This document shows positions 19,533 through 29,654 of a stretch of 64,000 bases of DNA, in pieces. Each line of letters begins with the position of its first letter. Within the stretch, counting starts at the first letter, position 1. Where the stretch lies: positions 256,001 to 320,000 of the forward strand of contig JBQTHB010000002.1 of NCBI GenBank assembly GCA_052390235.1. The letters run 5' to 3'. Under the pieces are notes generated by a model, which did no database searches, had not been told where the DNA came from, and saw only the letters and a list, made by a program, of their open reading frames with translations. The translations under genes were made by a program, and so were the position numbers. The stretch is from Deltaproteobacteria bacterium (GTDB taxonomy: Bacteria > Desulfobacterota_D > UBA1144 > Nemesobacterales > CSP1-2).

Positions 19533-20417
19533 TTGCGGCGATTTGTTATTTCGGCTTTTATTGTAGCTCTGGTCTTGTTTATCCTCGTAATAGGGGCGGG
19601 GCTCAATTTTCTGTTTCCCTGGGGTGGCGGTTTTGTTGCGGGAGACAGCGTCGCGGTGCTTAGAATTGACGGCGTAATACTGGACTCAGGGGTTTATCTC
19701 GAGAGTATCTCGTCAATTGCAAGGGACGATGGCATAAAAGCCCTTGTGATTCGGATTGACTCTCCGGGCGGGGCGGTCGGGCCATCTCAGGAAATATACG
19801 CTGAAGTTAAGAGGCTCGCGGAGAAAATTCCGGTAGTCGCAAGCATCGGCACTGTAGGGGCTTCCGGCGGATATTATATAGCCTGCGCGGCGGGGAAGAT
19901 TTTCGCCAATCCCGGCGCTATCACGGGGAGCATTGGCGTTATCGCTCAGTTCATGAGCTACAGAGAGCTTCTAGCCTGGGCTAAACTCGATATAGAGGTC
20001 ATCAAGAGCGGGGAGTTCAAAGATGTAGGCTCTCCATTTAGAGAGATGACCGCGGCTGAGAGGAGCTACGTTCAGGGCTTGATTGATAACACTCACTCGC
20101 AGTTCAAAGGGGTGGTTTCTAAGGCTAGGGGGCTTAAGTCAGAGGGGCTGGACAGAGTAGCAGACGGGCGAATCTTCACAGGAGAGCAGGCAAAAGAGGC
20201 AGGACTCGTGGACGAGCTTGGAACCCTCGGCGATGCGGTTCGAGAAGCGGCGGCTTTAAGTGGGGTTGATGCCACAGACCCGGATATGGTCTATTATCCG
20301 AAACCCAAGATGCGCTTTATAGACTACTTTATCTCCAGCGCTAGGTCTTACGCGCCTTCTAATCGGATATTCACAGAGAAGTTCGGGCTTTTTTATCTCG
20401 TTGATGTGATGCGGTAG
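19533..20417 (+). CDS. sppA: Signal peptide peptidase SppA (36K type)
   Basis: RIDSPGG, ASGGYY, TGSIGVI, KSGEFKD, DGRIFTGEQA. Confidence 0.93.
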   Translation: MRRFVISAFIVALVLFILVIGAGLNFLFPWGGGFVAGDSVAVLRIDGVILDSGVYLESISSIARDDGIKALVIRIDSPGGAVGPSQEIYAEVKRLAEKIPVVASIGTVGASGGYYIACAAGKIFANPGAITGSIGVIAQFMSYRELLAWAKLDIEVIKSGEFKDVGSPFREMTAAERSYVQGLIDNTHSQFKGVVSKARGLKSEGLDRVADGRIFTGEQAKEAGLVDELGTLGDAVREAAALSGVDATDPDMVYYPKPKMRFIDYFISSARSYAPSNRIFTEKFGLFYLVDVMR

Positions 20418-20419
20418 CG

Positions 20420-20902
20420 ATGAAGCCGATATGGGCGCCTTGGAGAATTGACTACATCACCGGAGAGAAGCGCAGTGGGTGTGTCTTCTGCGATAAGCCT
20501 AAAGAGGGGAGCGACAGAGGGAATTTAATTCTCTTTCAGGGAGTCGCCGCGTTTATCATAATGAACCGCTATCCCTACACCAACGGCCATCTGATGGTAG
20601 TCCCTTACAGGCACACAAGCGAGCTCTCGGAACTCGACGCTGCGGAGCGGCTGGAGATTATGAACCTCGCCGCTAGGTGTGTTCAGATTCTGGAGTGCAT
20701 AAAACCCGACGGTTTCAATATCGGAATGAACCTTGGCAGGGTTGCCGGCGCGGGGATTGACGAACACCTCCACTTGCATATTGTTCCGCGCTGGAGCGGG
20801 GATACCAATTTTATGCCGGTCATCGCCGATGTGAAAGTGATGCCCGAATATCTCGGCGATACCTACGCCAAGCTCTATGAGCGGCTTAAATCCGAAGAAT
20901 AG
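20420..20902 (+). CDS. HIT family hydrolase (Ap4A phosphorylase-like)
   Basis: WAPWR, YPYTNGH, HLHLHIVPRW. Confidence 0.9.
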   Translation: MKPIWAPWRIDYITGEKRSGCVFCDKPKEGSDRGNLILFQGVAAFIIMNRYPYTNGHLMVVPYRHTSELSELDAAERLEIMNLAARCVQILECIKPDGFNIGMNLGRVAGAGIDEHLHLHIVPRWSGDTNFMPVIADVKVMPEYLGDTYAKLYERLKSEE

Positions 20903-20916
20903 AGGGGAGAGACGGA

Positions 20917-21267
20917 ATGAAATTTCTAAGGATACTAATTACTGCCCTTTTATTTATTACTGCCCTACTGCTGATTATCCAAAACCAAGACGTGTTTGCC
21001 CATAAATTTGAGCTTAAGCTCGATATGAAGGCATATCAAGTGGGCCCATATATAGCCTCAAATCTCATGCTGATAGTATGGTCGTTTTTCATCGGCGTTG
21101 TATTTGCCGTCGTGTGGGGGGCGTTCTATTCAATGAGTATGAAAGGACAGCTCAGGGAAAAGCAGAGGAGAATTAAAGAACTCCAGCATCAAATCGGGCA
21201 GGTTCAACTCCCAAATTACGATGCGGCCCCTGAGCCGGAACAGACCCTGCCGGGCAAGCAGTCTTAG
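20917..21267 (+). CDS. LapA-like small membrane protein
   Basis: Two TM segments, IIQN motif, C-terminal coiled coil; near rpsA. Confidence 0.6.
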   Translation: MKFLRILITALLFITALLLIIQNQDVFAHKFELKLDMKAYQVGPYIASNLMLIVWSFFIGVVFAVVWGAFYSMSMKGQLREKQRRIKELQHQIGQVQLPNYDAAPEPEQTLPGKQS

Positions 21268-21316
21268 CCTCTCCATGCTCTTTTCTAATCCCATTTTCCC
21301 GCTAGGAATAAAAATC

Positions 21317-22246
21317 ATGCAGACATCTGGAAAACCGAACTGGATAAAGGCGAAGGTTCCCGCCGGCTCGAATTATACGCGGCTCAAAACCCTCATGCGC
21401 GGGCTTGACCTCCACACCGTGTGCGAGGAGGCTAAGTGTCCCAATATCGGCGAGTGCTGGGGGGCGGGGACGCTTACTTTCATGATTTTGGGCGACACCT
21501 GCACGAGGAGCTGCGGCTTTTGCGCCGTCAAGACGGGGCGCGGCGGCGAAATTGACTGGGACGAGCCCGAGAGAACCGCAAATGCCGTGCGCAAACTCGC
21601 CGAAGGGGACGCATATCTGAGGCATATAGTTATCACATCGGTTGACAGGGATAATAAAAACTACGAAAGCTCCCTCGTGTTTGCCGAAACCATTAGACGG
21701 GTGCGCGCGCAGAACCCTCAGGTAAAAATTGAAGTCCTGATTCCCGATTTTAAGGGCGACTTGGATTCGCTTCGCAATATCCTATCCGCCAAGCCCGACA
21801 TCCTCAACCACAATATCGAGACCGTCCCAAGGCTCTACTACCTGCCTCAGGAAACCCATTCGGGCGGCAAGAGAGCCGTAAGACCGCAGGCTAAATACGA
21901 GTGGTCTATTGATCTGCTTAAAAACGCCAGAACATTCGGACACGAGGGGATGCTCATGAAATCCGGCATAATGGTGGGACTGGGCGAGGAGCTTGAGGAA
22001 GTGATTGAGACCCTGTGGGATTTAAAACGCGCCGGATGCGATATTGTAACAGTCGGGCAGTATCTGATGCCGAGCGTGGATCATCTTCCAGTGAGCAAGT
22101 ATTACCATCCGATGGAATTTGAATCGCTCAAAAAATATGGCGAGAGCATTATCGGGATTCCGCACGTGGAGTCTGGCCCCCTTGTGAGAAGTTCCTACCA
22201 CGCCGAGAAACAGGCCGTAAAGCTCGGAGCGGCGGCTATCGGCTGA
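21317..22246 (+). CDS. lipA: Lipoyl synthase
   Basis: CEEAKCPNIGEC, CTRSCGFC, NHNIETV, VRSSYHA. Confidence 0.97.
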   Translation: MQTSGKPNWIKAKVPAGSNYTRLKTLMRGLDLHTVCEEAKCPNIGECWGAGTLTFMILGDTCTRSCGFCAVKTGRGGEIDWDEPERTANAVRKLAEGDAYLRHIVITSVDRDNKNYESSLVFAETIRRVRAQNPQVKIEVLIPDFKGDLDSLRNILSAKPDILNHNIETVPRLYYLPQETHSGGKRAVRPQAKYEWSIDLLKNARTFGHEGMLMKSGIMVGLGEELEEVIETLWDLKRAGCDIVTVGQYLMPSVDHLPVSKYYHPMEFESLKKYGESIIGIPHVESGPLVRSSYHAEKQAVKLGAAAIG

Positions 22247-22389
22247 AAAAAACCTGCGTGGCGGCGGATTTGAGGCTACTGCGGACAGGGGCGTCAGTCA
22301 ATTTTGCCTCCATCCTGCCTCTAATGGGTGCGATAATCCAAAATTGGAGGTAGAATTTACCCCAATTCCCCTGACCACTGATATAGCCG

Positions 22390-23970
22390 ATGCCAAGTCC
22401 TCTCCTGACCGAAAGAGATATAGCCCAAATCAAATCACGCGGGATTCAACTCGAAAAAGTACTCTCTGAAATCGAGCGCTTCAGGCAGGGATTCCGATTT
22501 GCGGATTTGTCGAGACCTGCGACAGTGGGGGATGGAATCATCGCTCTCGCCGACAGCGATGCGCGCAGACTCGCGCTGAGGTATGAAGCCGTCCAGATGG
22601 GCGGGAGGGCTATCAAATTTGTGCCGGCTTCGGGAAGCGCTACCCGGATGTTCCAATCCCTCCTTGAAGTTCTCAACAGCGGTGGCGGCGAGATTGAACT
22701 GCTACGTATTCGAGAAGATGCCGAAAGGGGCAATTCGCGCTCTGCGGAGTTTCTTAAATTTGTCTCTTCGCTGGAGAGGTTCGCGTTTTATGGGGATTTG
22801 CGCTCGGCCCTTGCCTCGGCTGGACTTTCTCTCGACTCGGCTGTGCGGCAGGGGAGGTATCGAGCCGTGCTTGATTGCCTATTTGGAGCGGGCGGGCTAG
22901 GCTATGCGAGCCTGCCAAAGGGGCTTATAAAGTTTCATAGCTACCCCGGAGGCATCTCTCGCACGGCTTTTGAGGAGCATCTGGCGGAGGCGGCTGAGTA
23001 CATTCGAGATATTAACGGCGTTGCAAGGGTTCACTTTACCGTTCCCTCAGAATACGAGCGGCGGATAGCCGAATTCTTCGCTGAGGTTCAGAGCCAATAT
23101 AAAAAACGGGGCATCACCTTTGACATCACGCTCTCAGTTCAAGACCCCTCGACAGACACCGTTGCCGTGGATTTGGATAACCGCCCGTTTCGCGATTCCC
23201 TTGGCGCGCTAGTATTCCGTCCGGCGGGACACGGGGCGCTCCTGCGCAACCTCGGCAATCTCGGCGGGGATTTTATCTATATTAAAAACGTGGACAACGT
23301 CGCGCTGGAGCGGTTTGCGCGCGAACACTCAATCTATAAAAAAGCCCTTGCGGGGTATTTATCCCAGATGCAGGGGGAGATTTTTCATCTCATCCGAAGG
23401 CTCTTGGCAGGCGGGGCAGGCGAAGGAGATATCGCCGCCGCCTTTGACTACCTGCGCGCGAGGCTCTCTCTAATCCCCCCTCGCGGAATCGAGGCGGCTT
23501 CAAAGGGGGAGCGTGTGGAATTTCTCATATCGAAACTCAATCGCCCGGTGAGGGTCTGCGGGATGGTGAAAAACGAGGGCGAGCCGGGGGGCGGTCCCTT
23601 CTGGACGCGCGGCGCGGACGGCGGCGAGTCGCTTCAGATAGTCGAGGCTTCGCAGGTTGACGTTGAGTCCCAGAATCAGCGCCGAGTATGGTCGTCCTCA
23701 ACGCATTTTAACCCTGTGGATATTGTCTGCGGGGTGCGCGATTATTCGGGCGCAAATTTCGATTTGTCCCGATATTCGGACCTGGACTCAGGTTTTATCT
23801 CGATTAAATCCAAGGACGGCCGCCCGCTTAAAGCCCTTGAGCTTCCGGGGCTATGGAACGGCTCTATGGCGAATTGGATTACGGTTTTTGTGGAAGCGCC
23901 GGTCTCGACGTTCAACCCGGTGAAAACCGTGCTGGATTTGCTCCGGGCTGAGCATCAGGCAGTATCATAA
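22390..23970 (+). CDS. DUF4301 family protein
   Basis: KFVPASGSATRMF, RPAGHGALL, KNVDNV, GEPGGGPFW, THFNPVD, LELPGLWNGSM, FNPVKTV. Confidence 0.88.
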   Translation: MPSPLLTERDIAQIKSRGIQLEKVLSEIERFRQGFRFADLSRPATVGDGIIALADSDARRLALRYEAVQMGGRAIKFVPASGSATRMFQSLLEVLNSGGGEIELLRIREDAERGNSRSAEFLKFVSSLERFAFYGDLRSALASAGLSLDSAVRQGRYRAVLDCLFGAGGLGYASLPKGLIKFHSYPGGISRTAFEEHLAEAAEYIRDINGVARVHFTVPSEYERRIAEFFAEVQSQYKKRGITFDITLSVQDPSTDTVAVDLDNRPFRDSLGALVFRPAGHGALLRNLGNLGGDFIYIKNVDNVALERFAREHSIYKKALAGYLSQMQGEIFHLIRRLLAGGAGEGDIAAAFDYLRARLSLIPPRGIEAASKGERVEFLISKLNRPVRVCGMVKNEGEPGGGPFWTRGADGGESLQIVEASQVDVESQNQRRVWSSSTHFNPVDIVCGVRDYSGANFDLSRYSDLDSGFISIKSKDGRPLKALELPGLWNGSMANWITVFVEAPVSTFNPVKTVLDLLRAEHQAVS

Positions 23971-23987
23971 TTGCCCATTTTACCCCT

Positions 23988-25301
23988 ATGCCCATTAACG
24001 CACCCAAAAAAACCGTCATACACGACTGCGCTCAGGATATCGCCTCCGATATTTTTGACGCCGCGAGCCGATTTATCAGGGTCATGAAGTACGTTGATGC
24101 CCTTTGCTACCTTCAGGATGCCGAAGGGCTTGCGGCAACTCTGGAGAGCGCCGTTTTCGGCAAGGCTCTCGCCTTGCTGCGCGAGGCTGGGAAATCCCTT
24201 CCCCCGGAAGCAGGGCGCGCATTTGAGGGGGAATTGGCATTGGCTCTCGGCGGGCGGATTTATGATTTAATCTCCCTTGCCGCCAGCGCGGGCAGTGGGC
24301 GTGAGCAAATCGAATTGGTCATCGGCAAGATTTTCTCATCCGAGAAAGAGAACAGGGGGCGCTACGCCGGAGCGGTCGGGATGGTCAACGGGCGCTTTGA
24401 CGGATTGATTTCCTCCTATGACGCGAAACTCGATTTTTTCTTGGAGCGTCTGCCCGCGCCTGCTCACATCAGAGGCGCATCAATTAAAGAGTCCGCCCCC
24501 CTGATGCGATGCCTCGATGTCATCGCGCTTGCCGGAGAACTCAACCGGCGGCACAAGCCCATCTGCGTATTTTTCTCCGGCGGCGGTGGCGGGGAGCGGC
24601 TTTCCACATTGTCTCAGATGACGGTTTTCCTAAACGTCTATGTCGAGAGATTTAAGCTGATTTCAAGGAAAATCGCTGAGAAACACCTATGCGAGTATTC
24701 GCTCGTAGAACCCATTGGCGATATGGAAATAGCGGCGATTCTGCTCCTGTGGCTTCGGGGACACGACCTTGGGCATTTCTGGGGGGTTGACGCGCTGTCG
24801 CCAAAAATGTCTGAATTCGATAGGGACTATTTTGCCCTCCATGAGCTTAAATCCGATGCCATTTCGCTCTACAATCTGAGATTTCTCTCAGGCGACCTCC
24901 TCCCGGGAGATTTGCTCCGAGCCGCCTATGTGTCAGCGGTTGCCGAGATGTTCCGATACCTCCGGCGCGCTGAGGGCGGGGATTTCTTTCAGCGCCCGGA
25001 CACTGCCTCCGCCCTTCTCGCATATCGCTGGCTTGCGGATTCCGGGGCGATTCGATTCGACGCTAAGTTGGGTAGATTGAGGCTCGATTTTGCGCGGTTT
25101 GAAGCGGCTATTGAGCGTCTTGCGGCGGAGATGCTTCGGATATTTGCCGGGGGCGGGGTTGACGCGGCGCGGGCATTTGTCCGGTGCTATTCGAGGGTTG
25201 ATGACTCGGATATTGCCTTCGAGCGCGTCATGCGGGACACTGAAATCCCCCACTACATTGACTTTCATTGGAATATGCGGGAAGTTCCTAGAATTGAGTA
25301 A
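23988..25301 (+). CDS. Hypothetical protein with degenerate peptidase M49 (DPP III-like) C-terminal domain
   Basis: GHDLGH followed about 20 aa later by ALHELKSD, resembling the HExxH ... EExKAD layout of bacterial M49-like proteins. Confidence 0.55.
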   Translation: MPINAPKKTVIHDCAQDIASDIFDAASRFIRVMKYVDALCYLQDAEGLAATLESAVFGKALALLREAGKSLPPEAGRAFEGELALALGGRIYDLISLAASAGSGREQIELVIGKIFSSEKENRGRYAGAVGMVNGRFDGLISSYDAKLDFFLERLPAPAHIRGASIKESAPLMRCLDVIALAGELNRRHKPICVFFSGGGGGERLSTLSQMTVFLNVYVERFKLISRKIAEKHLCEYSLVEPIGDMEIAAILLLWLRGHDLGHFWGVDALSPKMSEFDRDYFALHELKSDAISLYNLRFLSGDLLPGDLLRAAYVSAVAEMFRYLRRAEGGDFFQRPDTASALLAYRWLADSGAIRFDAKLGRLRLDFARFEAAIERLAAEMLRIFAGGGVDAARAFVRCYSRVDDSDIAFERVMRDTEIPHYIDFHWNMREVPRIE

Positions 25302-25376
25302 AAGACGTTTATTCCTCCGGATTAAAGTATAATTAGGTGGGTTGCCAATAAATTTAAATAGGAGTTTTTGCGGGAA

Positions 25377-26348
25377 ATGTTTATTAAAAGCGTAGGTTTA
25401 TTTCTGTTGCTGACTCTCGGTGTCTCGGCAGAGGATTTTAGAATCTCGATCCTCTCCGAGGGGCTGTCCGGCAGGCAGTCTGCGATACAAAACACCGCTG
25501 TCAGGAGCGCCGGGGAGTTTAAAGCGCTGTGGCAGGAGCTTGGATTGAGCGGCGCAGTCCCATACTATGATTTCAAGGACGAGGTGATTGTCGTTATCGC
25601 GCCGAGGGCGAAGCCCGGAAGCTCGGCTGAAATATCGGGGATAGACAAGAAAACGGACGGCTCAATTGAGGTGCGATTCACGGTTGTTTCGGTGGATGGC
25701 GAGGCCGCTATAAAAAACCCGAAACTCTTTCCCTACGTTGTAGCGAGGATACATCCTGTGTCCAATGTGAAATCGGCGCGCGTGAAATTCATTCAGGAAA
25801 TCCCGCGCCCTCCCGTTCCCGCCGACAGCGGCATAGGGCAGATTCCCCCTTACTCGAACGTCCTCAAGGAATATGAAAACATCGCCGTATCAGAGTTTCT
25901 CCCGCTCGACAGGGGCAACTCGTGGACTTATAAAATTGAATCCGAGGGCGGGGCGACTAGGGAGGAGGACTACTCCGTGCTTTCCATTTCTCAGGACGGA
26001 TGGTCGGTTTTTGACGGCTTTTTTGGGAGGAAAAATATCGCTATGAAGGTTGACCCCTCGGGGGAGCTGTACGTTTCATCAAGCCAAAATGGGGCGCGCC
26101 CTTTTTATACGCCCGATATCCAGAGGAGCTATAGAAAAATCGAGATTAAGACGCCGGCGGGGAAATTCGGCGATTTGATGATTGTAACCATCCCCCAAAA
26201 CGATAAATTCTGGTTCAAGGACGTCTATGCAAGAGGAGTCGGGCTAATTTATCACGAGCGCGCGACACCCAAAGGGAGAGTCAAATACGCGCTGACAGCA
26301 GCCCGTGTTAAGGGCGTGAGCTACCCGAAAGTCCGCCCCCCGCGCTAA
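25377..26348 (+). CDS. Exported hypothetical protein (possible PrcB-C-like N-terminal domain)
   Basis: Signal peptide; YDFKDEVIVV...PYVVARI segment; C-terminal FLPLDRGNSWTY/TPAGKF/YARGVGLI beta-rich domain. Confidence 0.6.
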   Translation: MFIKSVGLFLLLTLGVSAEDFRISILSEGLSGRQSAIQNTAVRSAGEFKALWQELGLSGAVPYYDFKDEVIVVIAPRAKPGSSAEISGIDKKTDGSIEVRFTVVSVDGEAAIKNPKLFPYVVARIHPVSNVKSARVKFIQEIPRPPVPADSGIGQIPPYSNVLKEYENIAVSEFLPLDRGNSWTYKIESEGGATREEDYSVLSISQDGWSVFDGFFGRKNIAMKVDPSGELYVSSSQNGARPFYTPDIQRSYRKIEIKTPAGKFGDLMIVTIPQNDKFWFKDVYARGVGLIYHERATPKGRVKYALTAARVKGVSYPKVRPPR

Positions 26349-26484
26349 TAGGGATTTGCGGCGCAGATGACAGTTCGCAAGCTTGCAGTCTAACCATTCA
26401 CCACCAAGCAGGGGATGAGCTTTCATCCCATATTTGATATTCCGTATTGCGAATCCGGCGTCAGTCATCGCGAATAATCAAAAG

Positions 26485-26513
26485 TTGACATATAAGGCTG
26501 ATTTGGTTATTTT
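26485..26513 (+). promoter_or_regulatory. Probable sigma70 promoter of tRNA pair
   Basis: TTGACA-17 nt-TATTTT about 30 nt upstream of tRNA-Ser. Confidence 0.55.
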
Positions 26514-26545
26514 TTAGCCCTCTACTCGGCAGGCAGAGTATCACA

Positions 26546-26637
26546 GGAGAGGTGGCCGAGCGGCCGAAGGCACCCGCCTGCTAAGCGGGTAGGGGGCTAA
26601 AACTCCCTCGAGGGTTCGAATCCCTCCCTCTCCGCCA
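26546..26637 (+). tRNA. tRNA-Ser(GCT)
   Basis: GGAGAGG acceptor stem, anticodon arm CCCGC-CT-GCT-AA-GCGGG, long variable arm, TTCGAATC, encoded CCA. Confidence 0.97.
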
Positions 26638-26660
26638 TAGAATTCAGATGCCAGCACAAC

Positions 26661-26736
26661 GCGCCCGTAGCTCAACGGATAGAGTATCTGACTACGGATC
26701 AGAGGGTTGGGGGTTCAAATCCCTCCGGGCGCGCCA
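26661..26736 (+). tRNA. tRNA-Arg(ACG)
   Basis: GCGCCCG acceptor stem, anticodon arm TCTGA-CT-ACG-GA-TCAGA, TTCAAATC, CCA. Confidence 0.97.
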
Positions 26737-26813
26737 ATTCTCTCCTCCCCCTTTGCGTTGTTTACACACTGCCGAATTGCCCTCCAATAGCCTCTGTGGT
26801 AACTTAAGAGGCG

Positions 26814-28340
26814 ATGACGGACAGATTCAATCAAAACATAGAAACCGACTCCTTTGACAGCGCGCTGTTCTCGGATATTGAGGCGACTTCCGAGGAATTT
26901 CGGCATATTATCGAGAGCGGCGGGAATTTGCTTCCCGATTTCCGCTCGTTCGCGCTTGACCTATTCGCCGCGTTCTATAAATTGAACGTTATTTTCCGCC
27001 CCCAGGACTCGGTGAAAGTAGCCTCGATGCTCGCCCGCAGGCTTCTGCTCAAAATCCTAGCCTCAGACAAATACGGCGAGCTGAGGGATGAAACCGCGCT
27101 TGACGGATTCAAATCCGCGGCGGCGGCTCTGTCATTTATCCGCGATTATCTCCTCTGGATAAAGTCTGATGAGGGGCTTTCTCAAAGCGCTCTTATGAAG
27201 GAGTGGGAAGCCGGGCGAGCTGAGGAGCAAGCCGATGAGACTGCCTCCGAACTCGAAACAATTGAAGAGGCCGAGAAGAGCGCCGAGGGCAAAATTTCCG
27301 AGTCCCTCAAGAAGGTCAAAAAAAAGAAGCAATTTGCCCGCCGCAGCCAAGAGAGTGAACTCAAGGAAATCCAGCGGGAGCAAAAAGAGCGTATTGAGAA
27401 CCTCGATATGAAGCTCGGCAGTCTCGTGAAATCGTCCATGGAGGCTACATCGGATAGAGTCTCGGGCATCGAGCGGGAGCTTGCCGACTGGGGGGCGTCA
27501 ATTGGCGGCGGCTCCGAGGGGAAATCCGCAGGGGAGAAGCTGGATTTGGCGGCAAAACTGCTCTCGAACGAGAAATTAAGGCGACTCAGCCTCATGGTGG
27601 GCAGTTTTAAGGAGGAGATGCTTCAGTCCAGAAGAAAGGTGTGGGCGAAGAGGGGAGCGGAAATCCACGACATCGCCATCGGAAGCGATTTGGCGCGGGC
27701 GATTCCCTCGGAGCTTCTATCGCTCAGGCATCCGGCGCTGAAGAGGGATTTTCTCAAGCGCCTCGTGGAAGAGCGAATAGTTCAGTACCATCTCAAACAG
27801 GACGCCGGCAGAGGGCCCATTGTGGTCTGCCTCGACGGCAGTTCCTCGATGTCCGGGGACAAAGAGATGTGGTCGAAGGCGCTCTGCCTCACCGTGCTTG
27901 AGATGGCAAAGCGGCAGAGGCGCAAATTCGTAGCCATAGTATTTTCATCCAAGGGGGCGCCGCTTGAGACCTTCGGCTCGGACGGGACGGCATCGTGGCG
28001 GATGAAAGAGGCGGAGATAATAAAACTCGCCGATTATTTCCCCGGCGGAGGCACGGATTTTGAGGAGCCACTAGGGAAGGCGGCGGAATTTTTGGCGCGC
28101 TCGAAATTCAGGCGCGGAGACATACTCTTCATTACCGACGGCGAGTGCGACGTTGCCGGCGAGTGGCTGGGCAACTTTCTCGGCGAGAAGAAGAGGCTGG
28201 GGTTTCAGGTGTTCTCCGTGCTTATTGATATTACGGGCAGGGAGCAAGCGGCGACCCTTCGCAAATTTAGCGATAAAATCGCATCTGTATCAAGCCTCAC
28301 CTCGAAGGACGCGCGCGAGATTTTTCTCGGCCTCGGGTGA
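26814..28340 (+). CDS. VWA domain protein (ViaA/CoxE-like)
   Basis: Coiled-coil middle region; MIDAS LDGSSSM, GGTDF, ITDG. Confidence 0.85.
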   Translation: MTDRFNQNIETDSFDSALFSDIEATSEEFRHIIESGGNLLPDFRSFALDLFAAFYKLNVIFRPQDSVKVASMLARRLLLKILASDKYGELRDETALDGFKSAAAALSFIRDYLLWIKSDEGLSQSALMKEWEAGRAEEQADETASELETIEEAEKSAEGKISESLKKVKKKKQFARRSQESELKEIQREQKERIENLDMKLGSLVKSSMEATSDRVSGIERELADWGASIGGGSEGKSAGEKLDLAAKLLSNEKLRRLSLMVGSFKEEMLQSRRKVWAKRGAEIHDIAIGSDLARAIPSELLSLRHPALKRDFLKRLVEERIVQYHLKQDAGRGPIVVCLDGSSSMSGDKEMWSKALCLTVLEMAKRQRRKFVAIVFSSKGAPLETFGSDGTASWRMKEAEIIKLADYFPGGGTDFEEPLGKAAEFLARSKFRRGDILFITDGECDVAGEWLGNFLGEKKRLGFQVFSVLIDITGREQAATLRKFSDKIASVSSLTSKDAREIFLGLG

Positions 28341-29654
28341 TTACGACTTAAATTTTTGTAGCACTAAGAGGTACTCTGATTCCATGCCTTCCGGGTTCTT
28401 ATTGTTCCTTGAGCCGAACAGTTGCCTCTTCTTTATTCTGTCTTCATAGACCCCTTTGAGTGAATAGCCTAGCTCTGTAAAATGCTCCGCGAATATTCTC
28501 CAAATTTCGACATTGACGCCGTCTATAACTGGGTTGCCGATGAAAATACAGGCTCTCCTGCCGGATTTTAACCTATCCATTGAGTTCTCAAGCGAGTTAA
28601 TTGTGTGGCAAAAATAAGAATCAAGCAGAGCTATAAGGTCGTTTCTCTTTAAGGCGGATTTTACTTTGTCGAGGGTTTTAGTGTGAATTATTCTATCGGG
28701 TTTTCTATAAGGTATCTCGAGCTTTGATAGGTTTTTTATATATTCTTCCTTGTATCCCAGCCAATATAAATCCATCTTAGCCGTTCTCATATATTCTTGA
28801 GCTTGCAAGTATGGAGGAGAGGTTATAAGGCAGTCAAATTCGGTGTCTGAATTGAACTTATACTGACTGGAATCTACTCCTCCATGAATGGTTACGTAAT
28901 TCTCATGCGCTGTCGTAAACTCTATAAATTGGTTAATTCTCTCTAAATTTTCAAACGAGAGCTTGTATATCATCTCATTCATCTTTTTGACCCAATTTGT
29001 TGGCAACAATGTGGCTATATATGCCAGTTTGCTTTTAGACCTAAACAATTTGGGCGTTTTATGCTCGGCATAGGAAAAGTGCTTGCTGACTTTTACTAAA
29101 GCCGCCTCGATGATTAACGAGTATATATCCTTAGGCAGATTTTTTTGCCACCCCCAGTATTTTGTTAAAACTCCGAGCATTTCATCGGGATACCAATAAG
29201 TCAAATTTGACCATTCAGGATAAAATAGCAATTCGCTACCCGTTAGACCCTCAAGCCGGTTGTAGAGAGTTCGATTGCTTAATAGGCGTACTCCCTTATA
29301 TATTTTTATAAGCATGATATGGGTTAAAAGGGGGTTTAAATCGAGTAAAAATGAGTTTCTTTCGCACAAATAACATTCAAGCCCCACAGTGCCGGAGCCG
29401 GCAAAGGGGTCTATAACGAGGTTATTTCTCTCCGTGAAAGTGTTGATGCAGAATCTCACCACATGCGGTATAAACTTTGCCGGATAGTAATAAATCGAGT
29501 GTGTCAGGTATCCGGTGTCTGTTATTTCAGGCACTAAATCACGGAAAGATACCAATTCTAACTCCCCATTTCCCATTGCATTAATTTCTGGAGTCGCTTT
29601 TTGAACGCTGTCGGAAAATAGATTGAGTTGTCTGTTAATTGGATAATTTTTCAT
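28341..29654 (-). CDS. Type II amino-DNA methyltransferase (alpha class, probably N4-cytosine)
   Basis: YPAKFIP, motif I DPFAGSGT before motif IV TSPPY; AT-rich relative to flanks. Confidence 0.88.
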   Translation of the reverse strand: MKNYPINRQLNLFSDSVQKATPEINAMGNGELELVSFRDLVPEITDTGYLTHSIYYYPAKFIPHVVRFCINTFTERNNLVIDPFAGSGTVGLECYLCERNSFLLDLNPLLTHIMLIKIYKGVRLLSNRTLYNRLEGLTGSELLFYPEWSNLTYWYPDEMLGVLTKYWGWQKNLPKDIYSLIIEAALVKVSKHFSYAEHKTPKLFRSKSKLAYIATLLPTNWVKKMNEMIYKLSFENLERINQFIEFTTAHENYVTIHGGVDSSQYKFNSDTEFDCLITSPPYLQAQEYMRTAKMDLYWLGYKEEYIKNLSKLEIPYRKPDRIIHTKTLDKVKSALKRNDLIALLDSYFCHTINSLENSMDRLKSGRRACIFIGNPVIDGVNVEIWRIFAEHFTELGYSLKGVYEDRIKKRQLFGSRNNKNPEGMESEYLLVLQKFKS

